From assembly GCA_035629865.1 (NCBI GenBank), contig DASPHC010000034.1:11589-43588 (forward strand): a DNA stretch of 32,000 nucleotides, read 5' to 3'. This DNA is from Thermoanaerobaculia bacterium (GTDB lineage: Bacteria; Acidobacteriota; Thermoanaerobaculia; Gp7-AA8). Position numbers and translations under genes: made by a program. Positions 8,064 through 18,458 of this stretch are shown in pieces; positions within the stretch are counted from its first letter, which is position 1; every line of letters starts with the position of its first letter. Under the pieces are notes generated by a model. It ran no database searches and had not been told where the DNA came from. It was given only the letters and a program-made list of their open reading frames with translations.

Positions 8064-9446
8064 TCACGGCTTTTCGATGGCAAACGCCTTCATGCGCGAT
8101 TCGAGCGTCGAGGGCTTGATGTGCAGCAGCTCGGCGGCGCCGCCGCGGCCGGAGATTTTCCAGTTGGCGCGGCGCAGGGCGTTCAGGAGGTTGGTGCGCT
8201 CCATCTCGCGCCATTGCGGCTCGTCGATGATGTCGCCGCGGGTCACGTCGGCGCGCACGGTGTCGTCGTCTTCGACGTCGTGAGTGCCCATCGATTCGAT
8301 GAACGGGTCGACCGGGAGGGGGCCGGTGGTGTGGCGGGCGACGGCGTCGAAGACCATTGCCCGGAGCTCGCGGATGTTGCCCGGGAACTCGTACCGGCCG
8401 AGGGCGCGGTAGAGGCGCTCTGGGACGACGGGAGCGGGCTTGCCGAGATCCTGCGCGGCTTCGCGGGCGATGTGGTTGACGAGCAGCGGCAGGTCGCCGA
8501 GGCGCTCGCGGAGCGGCGGGATGCGCACGTGGTAGGCGCGCAGGCGGAAGTAGAGGTCGCGACGGAGCCGCGACGGGTCCTGGTGGGTGGCGGCGATGAC
8601 GCGCGCCTCCAGCCGCTTCGGGACGTCGTCGCCGAGGGTGTAGTACTCGCGCTCCTGCAGGACGCGCAGCAGCTTGACCTGCGACGCCTCGGCGAGATCG
8701 CCGATCTCGTCGAGAAACAGCGTCCCCCGGCCGGCGTTCTCGATCATGCCGCGGCGCGTGCCGCTGGCGCCGGTGAACGCGCCGGGACGATGGCCGAACA
8801 GGGTGTCGGAGAACATGGTGTCGTCGAGGCCGGCGACGTTGACGGCGACGAACGGACCGCGCCGTCCGCTGAGATCGTGGAGCGCGCGCGCGATCAGCTC
8901 TTTTCCCGTTCCGGTCTCTCCGGTGATCAGCGCCGGGTGCGAGCCGCGGGCGATGACTTCGAGGTAGGCGAAGACGCGGATCATCGAGGCGTCGGCGGTG
9001 ATCAGGCCGGCGAAGGCGCGGGGCTGTTCGAGATCCTGTTCGAGCAGTTTCGAGCGCAGCCGCGCATTCTCGTCGCGGAGCTCGCGATGTTCGAGGGCGC
9101 GACGCACGACGGCCATCAGCTCGTCGGCGCCGACCGGCTTGAGGAGGTAGTCGTACGCGCCCGCTTTCATGCATTCGACGGCGATGCGCACGTCCTGTTC
9201 GGCGGTGACGACGATGACCGGGATCTCGGGATGGGACGAGGCGATGCGCTCGAGGAGCTCGCGCCCGCCGATGTGCGGCATCATGAGGTCGAGGAGGATG
9301 AGCGCGACCGGCTCTCCTTCCAGCAGCGGTTCGACGTTGCGGGAGTCGGCGCACATCAACACTTCGTCGAAGCCATTCGCGCGCAGCGTGCGCCGCACGC
9401 CGTTGAGGACCACTTCTTCGTCGTCGACGATCAGGATGGTTGCCAT
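8064..9446 (-). CDS. sigma-54-dependent response regulator (NtrC family: REC + AAA+ + Fis-type HTH), 460 aa
   Basis: Start is MATILIVDDEE at ATG 9446. Receiver motif: LILLDLMMP. Walker A: GETGTGKE. Sigma-54 contact loop: GAFTGA. C-terminal HTH: AAELLHIKPSTLESRMKAF. The upstream part of track ORF 8064..10037 is a shadow. Confidence 0.95.
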   Translation of the reverse strand: MATILIVDDEEVVLNGVRRTLRANGFDEVLMCADSRNVEPLLEGEPVALILLDLMMPHIGGRELLERIASSHPEIPVIVVTAEQDVRIAVECMKAGAYDYLLKPVGADELMAVVRRALEHRELRDENARLRSKLLEQDLEQPRAFAGLITADASMIRVFAYLEVIARGSHPALITGETGTGKELIARALHDLSGRRGPFVAVNVAGLDDTMFSDTLFGHRPGAFTGASGTRRGMIENAGRGTLFLDEIGDLAEASQVKLLRVLQEREYYTLGDDVPKRLEARVIAATHQDPSRLRRDLYFRLRAYHVRIPPLRERLGDLPLLVNHIAREAAQDLGKPAPVVPERLYRALGRYEFPGNIRELRAMVFDAVARHTTGPLPVDPFIESMGTHDVEDDDTVRADVTRGDIIDEPQWREMERTNLLNALRRANWKISGRGGAAELLHIKPSTLESRMKAFAIEKP

Positions 9447-11917
9447 GCGTGTTCCTGCTCCGGAATCGACAGCACCGGAATGGAGAGAGTCGCGGTGGTG
9501 CCGCGTCCCGGCTCCGACTCGAACGTCAGCTCGCCCCCGTGCTCCTCCGCGATGCGGTCCGAGACCGCGAGGCCGAGGCCCGAGCCGCCCGTGGCGCGTT
9601 TGGTCGTGAAGAACGGATCCTTGATCTTGCGCAGGTCCTCCGGCGAGATGCCCTGGCCCTCGTCGGTGACGCGGACGAACACGTGGGCCGGCGTGCGGCC
9701 GGTCTCGATGACGATGGAGCAGTCGGCGCTTGCCAGCGCCTGGCAGGCGTTGATGATGAGGTTCACCAGGACCTGCTCGAGGCGGCCCTGGTTGCCGTGG
9801 ACGTCCGGGAGATCCGGCGCGAGAACAGTCGAGAAGCGGCTGGTGGCCTTGCGGATGTGGTTGCCGAGCAGCCGCAGTGACGACTTGACGACGTCGTTCA
9901 TCGAGACCGGCCGGCGCTCGCCGGGATGGTGATCGAGAGCGAAGCCGCGCAGCTCGGTGACGATGCCCCGGATGCGCTGCGCGGCCTGTTCGATGTCTTC
10001 GATCATCGCCTTGCCTTCGGCGCGCATCTCGTCCCACGGGATGTTCCCGATCCTGGTCTCGCCTTCGAGCGCGACATGGCGGTCGACGATCGGCACGATG
10101 CTCTTCCAGGCGTCGGCCAGGAGGGGGGCGTTGAGCATGATCGAGTGATTGGGATTGTTGATCTCATGGGCCACGCCGGAGACGAGGACGCCGAGGGAGA
10201 TCATCTTGTCGGCGCGGGTCATCGCCTCGCGCTCGCGCTGTGCGGCCTGCTCGACCTGTCGTTGCTCGGTGACGTCCTGCACGATGCCGTAGACGCGGGC
10301 CACGTCCCCGGCCGCATTCCGCTCCGCGAATGACGCACCGCGCGCGATGATCGTGGTTCCGTCCTGATGCACCAGGATCGACTCGCGATCGGCGCTTTCG
10401 TGACGGTGCCCGTGCCGGGCCATCCATGCGAATCTCTCCCGGATGCGCGGCTGGAAATCTTCGCGGAAGCAAGCCACGACTTCTTCGACGGAGCCGAATC
10501 GCGCCTGGGCCTCGCCGGTAAAGATGCCCCAGAAGCCGGCGGAACCGAAGACCTGGTCGGTCGACACATCCCACTCATAGCTCCCGATGCGCGCCAGTAC
10601 CTCCGCTTCTTCGAGGATCTGCTGGCGGTGCAGGAGATCGCGTTCGATGCGCCTGCGATCGGTCACGTCGAGAGTGATCGCGATCAGCCGGGGCTCGGCC
10701 AGCCAAGTGGGCAATCGCGCCAGGCGTTGCAGGAGGTCGATTCGCCGGCCGTCCGGTGCCCGGAGCGGCAGCTCGATGTCCGCCACGCGCGTATCGCCCA
10801 GAAACAGCGATGCGGCGGAGCGCACATACGCGACGGCGGCTTCGGTCGTGTAGCGCGCGGCCAGCCATTCGAACAGAGCTTGCGGAGTCGAGGCGCCGGC
10901 CAGGGCCAGCGCGGGGCCGTTCGCCGTCACGACTTTCGAGTGTTTCGCCAGCTCGAAGAAGAGCGCCGGATTCTCTTCGACCGCGGCGATCAACTTCTCG
11001 GGCGTGTCGAGGCCCAGCCGCAGCATCGCCGGCAGGGTTTCGCTGAAGTCGGTCTCCCACACCGCCACCGGCAACGCGCCGTAGAGGCGCCGGTAGTTCT
11101 GTTCGCTCCGGCGCAGCAAATCCTGCGATTCCCGCTCTTCCGTGATGTCGCGTCCCACGGCCTGGATCTCGACGAGGGTGCCGGTGGCGTCGAAGATCCC
11201 GCGGTCGGTCCAGCGATGCCAGCGCATCATGCCGCGGGCAGTGAAGACCCGATGCTCGTCGGTGGCCACCGGATGCTCCACCGTCAGCGTGGCGTACTTG
11301 TTCCTGACCAGCTCCTGCTCCTCCTCGGGGATGCACGGGAAAAAGGAAGTCCCGATCAGCTCCTCGGCGGTGGCCTCGCTGTAGCGGCAGTAGGCTTCGT
11401 TGACGAACGTGCGCGTGCCGTCGGGCAGGCATCGGACGATGAGCTCCGTCTGGTCTTCGACGACGCGCCGATAGCGTGTCTCGCTCTCGCGTAGCGCCCG
11501 CTCCATGGCCATTCGCTCGCCGACGTCTTCGATGAACCCGATTCCGCAGATCGGCTCGCCGTCTTTCGAGCGCACGATCGACGCGGTCACCTTGGTCGTG
11601 AGCGTCCGGCCGTCGCTGGCGATCCAGCGCCGGACCGTCTCGAGGCTGCTGACCTCTTCCTCACGCAATCGCCCGATGGACCGCTGCGCGTCCTCGGCCT
11701 CCTCGGGATGAACGAACGCGCCGAACGTCTGTCCGACAATGTCATCGCGGTGGCGCCCGAGCATCGCGCAGAAAGCGAGGTTCGCGTCGAGGATGGCGCC
11801 GTGCAGATCGGTCAGAACGACGCCGACGGGCGTGTGGCGGAAGACCTCCTCGAGCGCCTGCTCGTTGATATCAAGTGCCGCCGGCAGATGGATGTGCATG
11901 AATGGACTGTCACTCAT
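9431..11917 (-). CDS. soluble multi-PAS sensor histidine kinase (828 aa)
   Basis: Several PAS-like blocks, then an H-box (VSGVAHEINNPNHSI) and N/G boxes (NLIINACQA, DEGQGI, GSGLGL). There is no TM segment. Its start overlaps the cheB stop by 8 nt, and its stop overlaps the regulator start by 16 nt. Confidence 0.9.
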   Translation of the reverse strand: MSDSPFMHIHLPAALDINEQALEEVFRHTPVGVVLTDLHGAILDANLAFCAMLGRHRDDIVGQTFGAFVHPEEAEDAQRSIGRLREEEVSSLETVRRWIASDGRTLTTKVTASIVRSKDGEPICGIGFIEDVGERMAMERALRESETRYRRVVEDQTELIVRCLPDGTRTFVNEAYCRYSEATAEELIGTSFFPCIPEEEQELVRNKYATLTVEHPVATDEHRVFTARGMMRWHRWTDRGIFDATGTLVEIQAVGRDITEERESQDLLRRSEQNYRRLYGALPVAVWETDFSETLPAMLRLGLDTPEKLIAAVEENPALFFELAKHSKVVTANGPALALAGASTPQALFEWLAARYTTEAAVAYVRSAASLFLGDTRVADIELPLRAPDGRRIDLLQRLARLPTWLAEPRLIAITLDVTDRRRIERDLLHRQQILEEAEVLARIGSYEWDVSTDQVFGSAGFWGIFTGEAQARFGSVEEVVACFREDFQPRIRERFAWMARHGHRHESADRESILVHQDGTTIIARGASFAERNAAGDVARVYGIVQDVTEQRQVEQAAQREREAMTRADKMISLGVLVSGVAHEINNPNHSIMLNAPLLADAWKSIVPIVDRHVALEGETRIGNIPWDEMRAEGKAMIEDIEQAAQRIRGIVTELRGFALDHHPGERRPVSMNDVVKSSLRLLGNHIRKATSRFSTVLAPDLPDVHGNQGRLEQVLVNLIINACQALASADCSIVIETGRTPAHVFVRVTDEGQGISPEDLRKIKDPFFTTKRATGGSGLGLAVSDRIAEEHGGELTFESEPGRGTTATLSIPVLSIPEQEHAWQPS

Positions 11918-13007
11918 TATCTCCCCGGGCCAGGCGGAGCAGCGTGACGCCGATCAGGTCGGCCGGGAGGACTTTCGCGGCCGCGCCGAGGTCGATTGCC
12001 GCTTTGGGCATGCCGAAGACGACGCTGCTCGCTTCGTCCTGCGCCATCGTCAGGGCGCCGGCCGTCCTCATTTCCAGCAGCCCCTGCGCGCCGTCGCGGC
12101 CCATGCCGGTCAGGAGAATCCCGGCGGCGGCGTCGCCGAGCATGCGCGCCGCGGAGGAGAAGAGCACGTCGACGCTGGGACGGTGGCGGTTGACGAGCGG
12201 GCCGTCGTGAAGGGCGATCCCGAGGGAATTCCGGCCGTTCCGGACGAGCGACATGTGCCGGTCGCCCGGGGCGATCAGCGCCGTGCCGGGACGAAGGACT
12301 TCGCCGGCCACGGCCTCGCGAACGGACATCGCCGAGGTCTCGTTGAGGCGGCGCGCGAAAGCGGCGGTGAACCGCTCCGGCATGTGCTGCACGATGACCA
12401 TCGCCGGGGCGTCGGCCGGCATGGTGTCGAGCAGTTGCTTGAGGACTTCCGTGCCGCCGGTGGAGGCGCCGATGGCGATGACCCGCGGGATGCCGGCCGG
12501 ACCGCCGTTTCCGAACGCCACCGGTGCGAGGGTGAGGCGCGGGTGCCGCTCCTCGGCGGTCATGCGCTGCGGCGCCTGCCGCGAAGCGGTCTGGCGGGAC
12601 CGCGCCCGTCCGACCCGCGCCTGCGCCGCGGCGCGGACCGTGTCGATGAGGGCGATGGCGGAGTCGCTGAGCCCTTCTCCCATCCTGATCTTCGGCTTGA
12701 GGACGACATCGACGGCTCCGAGCTGCAGCGCGCGCATGGTCAGCTCGCTCGAAGAGTCGGCGAAGCTGGAGCAGACCACGACCGGGAGCGGTGTTTCGTC
12801 CATCACCTTGCGGAGAAACGTCAGGCCGTCCATGCGCGGCATCTCCAGGTCGAGGACGATGACGTCCGGGAGGCGGACATCCATCTTCGTCATGGCGATC
12901 AGCGGATCGGCGGCGGTCGTCACCACCATCGTCGACCCGAGGAGCGCCGTCATCACCTGGCGCACGACGGCGGAGTCGTCGATCACGAGCACGTTCAGCG
13001 CGGTCAT
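11910..13007 (-). CDS. cheB: chemotaxis response regulator protein-glutamate methylesterase
   Basis: Start is MTALNVLVIDDS at ATG 13007, an ATGA overlap with the cheR stop. REC domain followed by the esterase triad context (GASTGG, QHMP, GMGRDG). Confidence 0.95.
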   Translation of the reverse strand: MTALNVLVIDDSAVVRQVMTALLGSTMVVTTAADPLIAMTKMDVRLPDVIVLDLEMPRMDGLTFLRKVMDETPLPVVVCSSFADSSSELTMRALQLGAVDVVLKPKIRMGEGLSDSAIALIDTVRAAAQARVGRARSRQTASRQAPQRMTAEERHPRLTLAPVAFGNGGPAGIPRVIAIGASTGGTEVLKQLLDTMPADAPAMVIVQHMPERFTAAFARRLNETSAMSVREAVAGEVLRPGTALIAPGDRHMSLVRNGRNSLGIALHDGPLVNRHRPSVDVLFSSAARMLGDAAAGILLTGMGRDGAQGLLEMRTAGALTMAQDEASSVVFGMPKAAIDLGAAAKVLPADLIGVTLLRLARGDNE

Positions 13008-13840
13008 CGGGCCATCCGCGAATAGACCGACGGCGCCATCGGGCGCAGCCGCAGGCCGGAGCTGAGCAGGCTCTCCGAATGCCCGAGGAACAGGTAGCCG
13101 GAGGGCCCGAGGCGGGCCAGGATGCGGGTCACCGCCTGGGTGCGCGAGGTGACGTCGAAGTAGATCAGGACGTTGCGGCAGAAGATCAGATCGAACGATC
13201 CGAGCTCCGGCAACTCCTCGTGCAGGTTGAGCCGCTGGAAGCGGATCGCGGCGCGCACGGCGTCGGTGGCCGACATGGTGCCTTTCTGCGACCGGACCCC
13301 GCGCAGCATGTAGGCCTTCAGGTAGTGCTCGGGGATCTCGGGGGCTTTCTCGATGGGCCACATCCCGGCCATGGCCTGCCGGAGTGCACGTCCGGAGATG
13401 TCGGTGGCCAGGACCTCGATGTCCCATCCTTCGAGATGGGCGAGCAGCGTCATGGCGATCGAATACGGCTCCTGTCCGGTCGAGCAGCCGGCGCTCCAGA
13501 CCCTCACGCGCCGCGGCCGCGCGTGGTTTGCCGCCTCGGCGCACCAGCGCGGGAGGATCTGCTTCTCCAGATAGTCGAACTGCGACGGCTCGCGAAAGAA
13601 GCGGGTCTCGTTCGTGACCAGCCGGTCGAGCATCTCCAGGCGCTCCTGCGGCTCGCGCTCGACGAGCGCGAGGTACTGGCCGAAACGCATCATCCCGAGG
13701 GTGCGGATGCGGCGCGAGAGGCGGGCGGTCAGCAGCTCCCGCTTGTGATCGGAGATGTGGATCCCCGCCTCGCGATAGACGAGGTCGCGGAAGCCGCGGA
13801 ATTCGCGGTCCGACATCGGCACGATCTCACTGGTGTGCAT
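13004..13840 (-). CDS. cheR: chemotaxis protein methyltransferase
   Basis: Motifs: FRDLVYREAGIHISDHKRELL, NETRFFRE, VWSAGCSTGQEPYSIAM, IFCRNVLIYF. Start ATG 13840 (MHTSEI) overlaps the cheW end by 14 nt. The alternative is ATG 13816 (MSDREF). Confidence 0.9.
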   Translation of the reverse strand: MHTSEIVPMSDREFRGFRDLVYREAGIHISDHKRELLTARLSRRIRTLGMMRFGQYLALVEREPQERLEMLDRLVTNETRFFREPSQFDYLEKQILPRWCAEAANHARPRRVRVWSAGCSTGQEPYSIAMTLLAHLEGWDIEVLATDISGRALRQAMAGMWPIEKAPEIPEHYLKAYMLRGVRSQKGTMSATDAVRAAIRFQRLNLHEELPELGSFDLIFCRNVLIYFDVTSRTQAVTRILARLGPSGYLFLGHSESLLSSGLRLRPMAPSVYSRMAR

Positions 13841-14447
13841 CGGTGCCCCCCGCGGCCTGGTCGCGCAGGGTCGGGAGCAGCGTTGCGGCATCCATGATGT
13901 CGGTGCTCGACAGGATGGCCGCGAGGTCGAGCAGCACGATCAGCCGCTCGTCGACGCGCACCAGTCCGGGAACGAAGTCGATGCCGAGGCCGAACGGCGG
14001 CGGCTCTTGGATGTCGGCCTGGGAGACGTCGACGACCCGGCTCACGGCGTCGACCATGACCGCGATCACGACCCGCTCGCCGTCGGCGTCCATCTCCACG
14101 ATGATCAGGCAGGTGCGCCGGGAGACGGTGGTCGGCTCCATGCCGAGCCGGGCCGCCAGGTCGACGACCGGGACGACCGTGCCGCGCAGGTTCATGACGC
14201 CGCGCATCCACGCGGCCGTCATCGGGACCGGGGTGAGCGTCCGGTACTCGGCGATCTCACGCACGCGCAGGATCGAGATGCCATATTCGTCGTCGCCGAT
14301 CAGGAACGTGAGCAACTGCTCGAGCGGTGCCTCGGTGGTCGTGCCGGCCGGCTGAGGCAGGAGCCTCTTTTCGGCCGGTGGATTCGCGGCGGCGTCTTTC
14401 GACGCCCGCCGCGGGGTGCGTTTGGTGCTCGTGGCGCGACGTGCCAT
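13827..14447 (-). CDS. cheW: chemotaxis coupling protein CheW with a ~45-aa basic N-terminal extension
   Basis: CheW core: LLTFLIGDDEYGISILRVREI...VMNLRGTVVPVVDL...GLVRVDERLIVLLDL. The ATG shares 1 nt with the mcp stop (TGATG). Confidence 0.9.
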   Translation of the reverse strand: MARRATSTKRTPRRASKDAAANPPAEKRLLPQPAGTTTEAPLEQLLTFLIGDDEYGISILRVREIAEYRTLTPVPMTAAWMRGVMNLRGTVVPVVDLAARLGMEPTTVSRRTCLIIVEMDADGERVVIAVMVDAVSRVVDVSQADIQEPPPFGLGIDFVPGLVRVDERLIVLLDLAAILSSTDIMDAATLLPTLRDQAAGGTDAHQ

Positions 14448-16297
14448 CAGAACCTCTCGAAGTCGAACTGCGACAGCTCCGCGGCGGTGGGCCGGTATCC
14501 GGCGGTTGCAGCGAGATGCGCACCGTCGTCGTCATCCGAGTCTGCGAACGCGGGAGGATCGTCCTGGACGACCGTCCGCTTCGCGCCGAGGGTGAAGATC
14601 TCCATCCGCTGCCGGAGGGTCTTGGCCTGGCCGGCCAGCTCTTCCGCCGTCGCCGAGAGCTCCTCGGCGGCGGACGCGTTCTGCTGGGTGATCTGGTCGA
14701 GCAGGCTCATGGCCTGGTTGATCTGGGCCACGCCCGTCGACTGTTCGTTCGACGCGGCCGAGACTTCCTGCACGAGCTCCGCGGTCTTGTGAATCGAGGG
14801 GACGAGCTGGGTGAGCGACGTGGCCGAGCGTTCGGCGATGCGGACGCTCGATCCCGCCAGTCCGCCGATCTCCTTCGCCGCGCTCTGGCTGCGCTCCGCC
14901 AGCTTGCGCACTTCGCTGGCGACGACGGCGAAGCCGCGTCCGTGCTCGCCGGCGCGGGCGGCCTCGATGGCGGCGTTCAGCGCCAGGAGGTTGGTCTGGT
15001 AGGCGATGTCTTCGACGATGCTGATCTTCTCGGCGATCGCGGCCATCGCTTCCCTGGTCTCGCCGACGGCCCGTCCGCTGAGCTCCGCATCGCGGGCGCC
15101 CTGGATGGCCATGTCGCGCATCTCCTGGCTGTTGGCGGCGTTCTGGGTGATCGAGGCGGTCATCTGTTCGAGGCTGGCCGTGGCCTGCTCGACCGAGGCG
15201 CTCTGGCTGCTGGTGCCGCGCGACAGGCTCTGCGCGGTCGACGAGACCTGCGTCGACGCGGTGGACAGCGTCGCCACGCCGGAGCGCACGTCGCCGATCA
15301 TCTGGGCGAGGTTGCGGGTCATCTTGCGCAGCGCCAGCGCCAGCGTGTCGTCCTTCGACTTCGGCTTGATCGTCGAGGTGAGGTCGCCCGCGGCGATGGA
15401 GTCGGCGATGCCGGTCATCTCCTGGAGGTACGCCACCATGTCGCGGAACGAACGGCCGAGGGTGTCGTTCTCCGAGCGGGGAGCGACGGTCGCGCTGACG
15501 TCGCCGCGGGAGATGCGCTCGGCCGCGCCGGCCATCTCCTGGAAGTACTGCACCATCCGTTTCATCGACTGCAGCAGCCGCCCGATCTCGTCGTCGCGGG
15601 TGCCGTCGATCTCCGCCGCCAGGTTGCCGGCCGCGAGCTGATTGGCCACTTCCACCGCCTGATGGAGCGGCCGGGTGAGGCTGCGGATCAGCATCACCGA
15701 GACGCCGGCCAGCAGGAGCAGGCAGACGACGCTGATGACGATCACCAGCCACTGGGTGGAACGGTGCAGGGAGCGCACTTCGCTGAACGCCGTCTGGATG
15801 TTCTGCTTGCCCTTGCTGCGCGTGGTGTCGAGCGCGGTGGCGAGCTCGTTGTGGCGGCGGCGCATCTCTTCGAGCGACTCCGCGAAGCTCACCCCGGTCT
15901 CGCCGGTGATGAGCCGGACGGTCATGCCGCGCCCGAGGCCGTAGTAGGCGTTGAGCAGGCCGCGCAGACGCTCGACCTCCGCCGCGTCGACGGCCGGATT
16001 GGCGCTCTCTTTCTGCAGCCGCGCCAGGAACTTCTCCTTCAGCGCGTCGGCTTCCTGGATGCCCGCGGCGTCGTGCGCGGCCGCGGCGTCCTGCAGGGCG
16101 CGCTGGATCGAGGTGAGGATCTCGTGCAGGTCGTGATGCATCTCGGTGGCCGGGAAGTAGCCCACCTCGATCATCGTGCTGAAGGACTCGGTGCGCGAGA
16201 CGGCGAAGACGGTCGTGCCGAGGATCAGCACGAGCGCCAATGCGGCGATGGCCGGCATCATGAGGACCCGATGGACGAACTTCAGTTTACGAAACAT
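14447..16297 (-). CDS. methyl-accepting chemotaxis protein (2 TM, periplasmic helical domain, three HAMP-like units, signalling domain)
   Basis: Highly conserved hairpin tip: [40 protein letters not shown]. Repeated HAMP-like segments: [47 protein letters not shown] lies 6 nt before ATG 16297. Confidence 0.95.
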   Translation of the reverse strand: MFRKLKFVHRVLMMPAIAALALVLILGTTVFAVSRTESFSTMIEVGYFPATEMHHDLHEILTSIQRALQDAAAAHDAAGIQEADALKEKFLARLQKESANPAVDAAEVERLRGLLNAYYGLGRGMTVRLITGETGVSFAESLEEMRRRHNELATALDTTRSKGKQNIQTAFSEVRSLHRSTQWLVIVISVVCLLLLAGVSVMLIRSLTRPLHQAVEVANQLAAGNLAAEIDGTRDDEIGRLLQSMKRMVQYFQEMAGAAERISRGDVSATVAPRSENDTLGRSFRDMVAYLQEMTGIADSIAAGDLTSTIKPKSKDDTLALALRKMTRNLAQMIGDVRSGVATLSTASTQVSSTAQSLSRGTSSQSASVEQATASLEQMTASITQNAANSQEMRDMAIQGARDAELSGRAVGETREAMAAIAEKISIVEDIAYQTNLLALNAAIEAARAGEHGRGFAVVASEVRKLAERSQSAAKEIGGLAGSSVRIAERSATSLTQLVPSIHKTAELVQEVSAASNEQSTGVAQINQAMSLLDQITQQNASAAEELSATAEELAGQAKTLRQRMEIFTLGAKRTVVQDDPPAFADSDDDDGAHLAATAGYRPTAAELSQFDFERF

Positions 16298-17955
16298 GAC
16301 CGCTCCTGATTGCTGCGTGTTGAGTTACGGAAAAGAGAGCTGCGCTGGTCGATCTCGACCTGCAGCAGACCGGGGACGTCGACGATGAATGCGATCCTGC
16401 CGTTCGGGAGGATCGCCGAGCCGGAGAGACCGGGGATGCCGCGCAGGGACTTCGGAAGCGGCTTGACGACGGTGTGGCATTCGCCGTGGAGGTCGTCGAC
16501 GACGAGCGCCGCGCGCCCGCGGGCGTAGCGAACCACCACGACGTTCTCGCGCTCCGCTTCCCCGCCGCCGGGCGTGAACCGCCCGCGCAGGCGGATGAAC
16601 GGAATGCTCTCGCCGCGGTGAGTGAGCACGCCGGTCGCGCCCACGCCGGCTTCTTCCCGTTCCACCGTGCCGGCCGGGAGATGGAGCGCCTCGACGACGG
16701 CTTCCATCGGGATCACGAACGTCTCGCCGCCGACGCCCACGCCGAGGCCGTCGACGATGGCGAGGGTGAGGGGGAGCCGCACGCGGAAGGTCGTGCCGCG
16801 TCCCGGCTCGCTCTCGACGCTCACCGATCCGTGGATCGCGTCGATGTTGCGCCGCACGACGTCGAGGCCGACCCCCCGCCCGGAGAGGTCCGTCACGGCG
16901 TCCGCGGTGGAGAACCCGGGATGGAAGATCAGCTCCGCGGCCTGCGCGGCGGTGAGGGTCTCTGTTTCGCTCACTAAGCCGCGCTCGCGAGCCCGGCGGA
17001 TGACGCGGTCGTAGTCGATGCCGCCGCCGTCGTCGGCGAGCTCGATGACGATCGAGCCGGCCTCACGGAAGCTGCGCAGGATGAGCGTCCCGGCGGCAGG
17101 CTTGCCCGCCGCGCGGCGCGCCGCGGGCTTTTCGATGCCGTGACCGACGCTGTTGCGGATCATGTGGACGAGCGGGTCGCGCAGGTGCTCGATCACGGTC
17201 ATGTCGACTTCGACGTCGACGCCTTCGATGCGCAGCTCCGCTTCTTTGCCGAGCGAGCGGGCGGTGTCGCGCACGATCCGCTGGAACTGCCGGAACGTCG
17301 GACCCACCGGCACCATGCGAAGCTTCATCACCAGCTCCTGCATCTCGAGGTGGAGATGGTCGGCGTCGCGCTGCGCTTCGAGCGCGATCCGGCTGGTGAC
17401 GGTGGGGTCGCCGAGCATTTCGCTGAGGCGGCCGCGGGCGATGCCGATCTCGCCGCTCAGGTCGAGCAGGCGGTCGAGCTTCGCCAGGTCGATGCGCAGC
17501 GTGCGCGAGACGCGCTCCGGCGTCGCCGGCCCTGCTGCCTGCGCGGCGTCGTGCGCCGGGACGTGCAGCGGGTCGGCGCGGCGCAGGTGCTCGATGAGCT
17601 CCAGCTCGGCCGCGGAGAGTGCGCGGGTGCGGTCGGATTCGAACAGCAGGCCGCGCAGCACGTCGACCGATTCGAGGAGCAGCGTGATGATGCCGTTCGA
17701 GACGACGGTCTGCCCGGCGCGCAACCGGTCGAGCAGGTCTTCCATGGCGTGCGCGATCCGGGTCATGGCGTCGAACTCGAAGATCCCGGAGTTGCCTTTG
17801 ATCGTGTGGACCGCGCGGAATACCAACGCGAGGGAGTCGGCGTGCTCGGGGGTGCGCTCGAGCACGAGCAACGCTTCCTCCGCCGCCGTCAGCCCTTCGT
17901 CGGACTCGGCGATGAATGCCTCGAGGAGGGCGGCCATCGATTGGTTGTCGAGCAC
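16282..17955 (-). CDS. cheA: chemotaxis histidine kinase CheA (Hpt, dimerisation, HATPase, CheW-like; no REC)
   Basis: Hpt motif: [12 protein letters not shown]. HATPase: [17 protein letters not shown]-terminal CheW-like domain. Start is probably GTG 17955 (GGGAGAGAG just upstream); the alternative is ATG 17937. The upstream part of track ORF 16282..18330 is a shadow. Confidence 0.95.
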   Translation of the reverse strand: MLDNQSMAALLEAFIAESDEGLTAAEEALLVLERTPEHADSLALVFRAVHTIKGNSGIFEFDAMTRIAHAMEDLLDRLRAGQTVVSNGIITLLLESVDVLRGLLFESDRTRALSAAELELIEHLRRADPLHVPAHDAAQAAGPATPERVSRTLRIDLAKLDRLLDLSGEIGIARGRLSEMLGDPTVTSRIALEAQRDADHLHLEMQELVMKLRMVPVGPTFRQFQRIVRDTARSLGKEAELRIEGVDVEVDMTVIEHLRDPLVHMIRNSVGHGIEKPAARRAAGKPAAGTLILRSFREAGSIVIELADDGGGIDYDRVIRRARERGLVSETETLTAAQAAELIFHPGFSTADAVTDLSGRGVGLDVVRRNIDAIHGSVSVESEPGRGTTFRVRLPLTLAIVDGLGVGVGGETFVIPMEAVVEALHLPAGTVEREEAGVGATGVLTHRGESIPFIRLRGRFTPGGGEAERENVVVVRYARGRAALVVDDLHGECHTVVKPLPKSLRGIPGLSGSAILPNGRIAFIVDVPGLLQVEIDQRSSLFRNSTRSNQERSCFVN

Positions 17956-17966
17956 GGTCTCTCTCC

Positions 17967-18458
17967 CTACAGCTTCCGAATGAGCGTCGTGCCGTCGGTG
18001 GTGCGGAACGTGAGCTTCCGTCCCTGCCGCCCTTCGACGTCGTGACGAAGGACCGTGATGCCGTTGCGCTCCAGGAAGTCGAAGGCCTCGGCGACGTTCC
18101 GGCTGCCCAGCAGCGGCCCTTCGCCATCGCCCGGCATCACCGAGGCGCCGCCGAACACGCAGGCCAGCAGCGTCTCTCCCCGCGCACCGTTCTCCAGCAC
18201 CCGGTCGAGCAGCATCGGCAGCGCGTGATTGCCGTACCGCGCCGAGGGGGCGGCTCCGCCGTGCGGGAGGATGAAGTGATTGATCCCGCCGACCGCGGTC
18301 AGCGGATCCCACAGGCAAACGGACACGCACGAGCCGAGGACGGTCGTGATTGCGGCGGCAAAGGGCTCTGTCCAGAGGCCGCCTGGATGGAGATACACCT
18401 TGCGCTCGGGCATGGAACGGTTCTCCGTGGCCGCCGGTGGAACGGCGTGCGCTTTCAT
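17967..18458 (-). CDS. cheD: chemoreceptor glutamine deamidase CheD (163 aa)
   Basis: Sequence MKAHAV...VLGSCVSVCLWDP...GGINHFILP...VFGGASV is typical CheD. ATG 18458 is in an ATGA overlap with the upstream GAF gene stop. Confidence 0.9.
   Translation of the reverse strand: MKAHAVPPAATENRSMPERKVYLHPGGLWTEPFAAAITTVLGSCVSVCLWDPLTAVGGINHFILPHGGAAPSARYGNHALPMLLDRVLENGARGETLLACVFGGASVMPGDGEGPLLGSRNVAEAFDFLERNGITVLRHDVEGRQGRKLTFRTTDGTTLIRKL

Noticed and set aside
7947-9932. 661-aa plus-strand ORF, and 7894..9354 as an N-terminal extension of the porin ORF
   Set aside because: The first is antisense and the second off-frame to the NtrC-type regulator, which has unambiguous Walker A and GAFTGA motifs. 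The sequences are low-complexity. The porin has its own signal peptide and AGGAGG at 7893.
14327-16309. 660-aa plus-strand ORF and 406-aa minus-strand ORF (14532..15752) over the MCP gene
   Set aside because: The MCP frame contains the invariant signalling hairpin motif. The alternatives are Arg/Gly/Asp-rich shadows.
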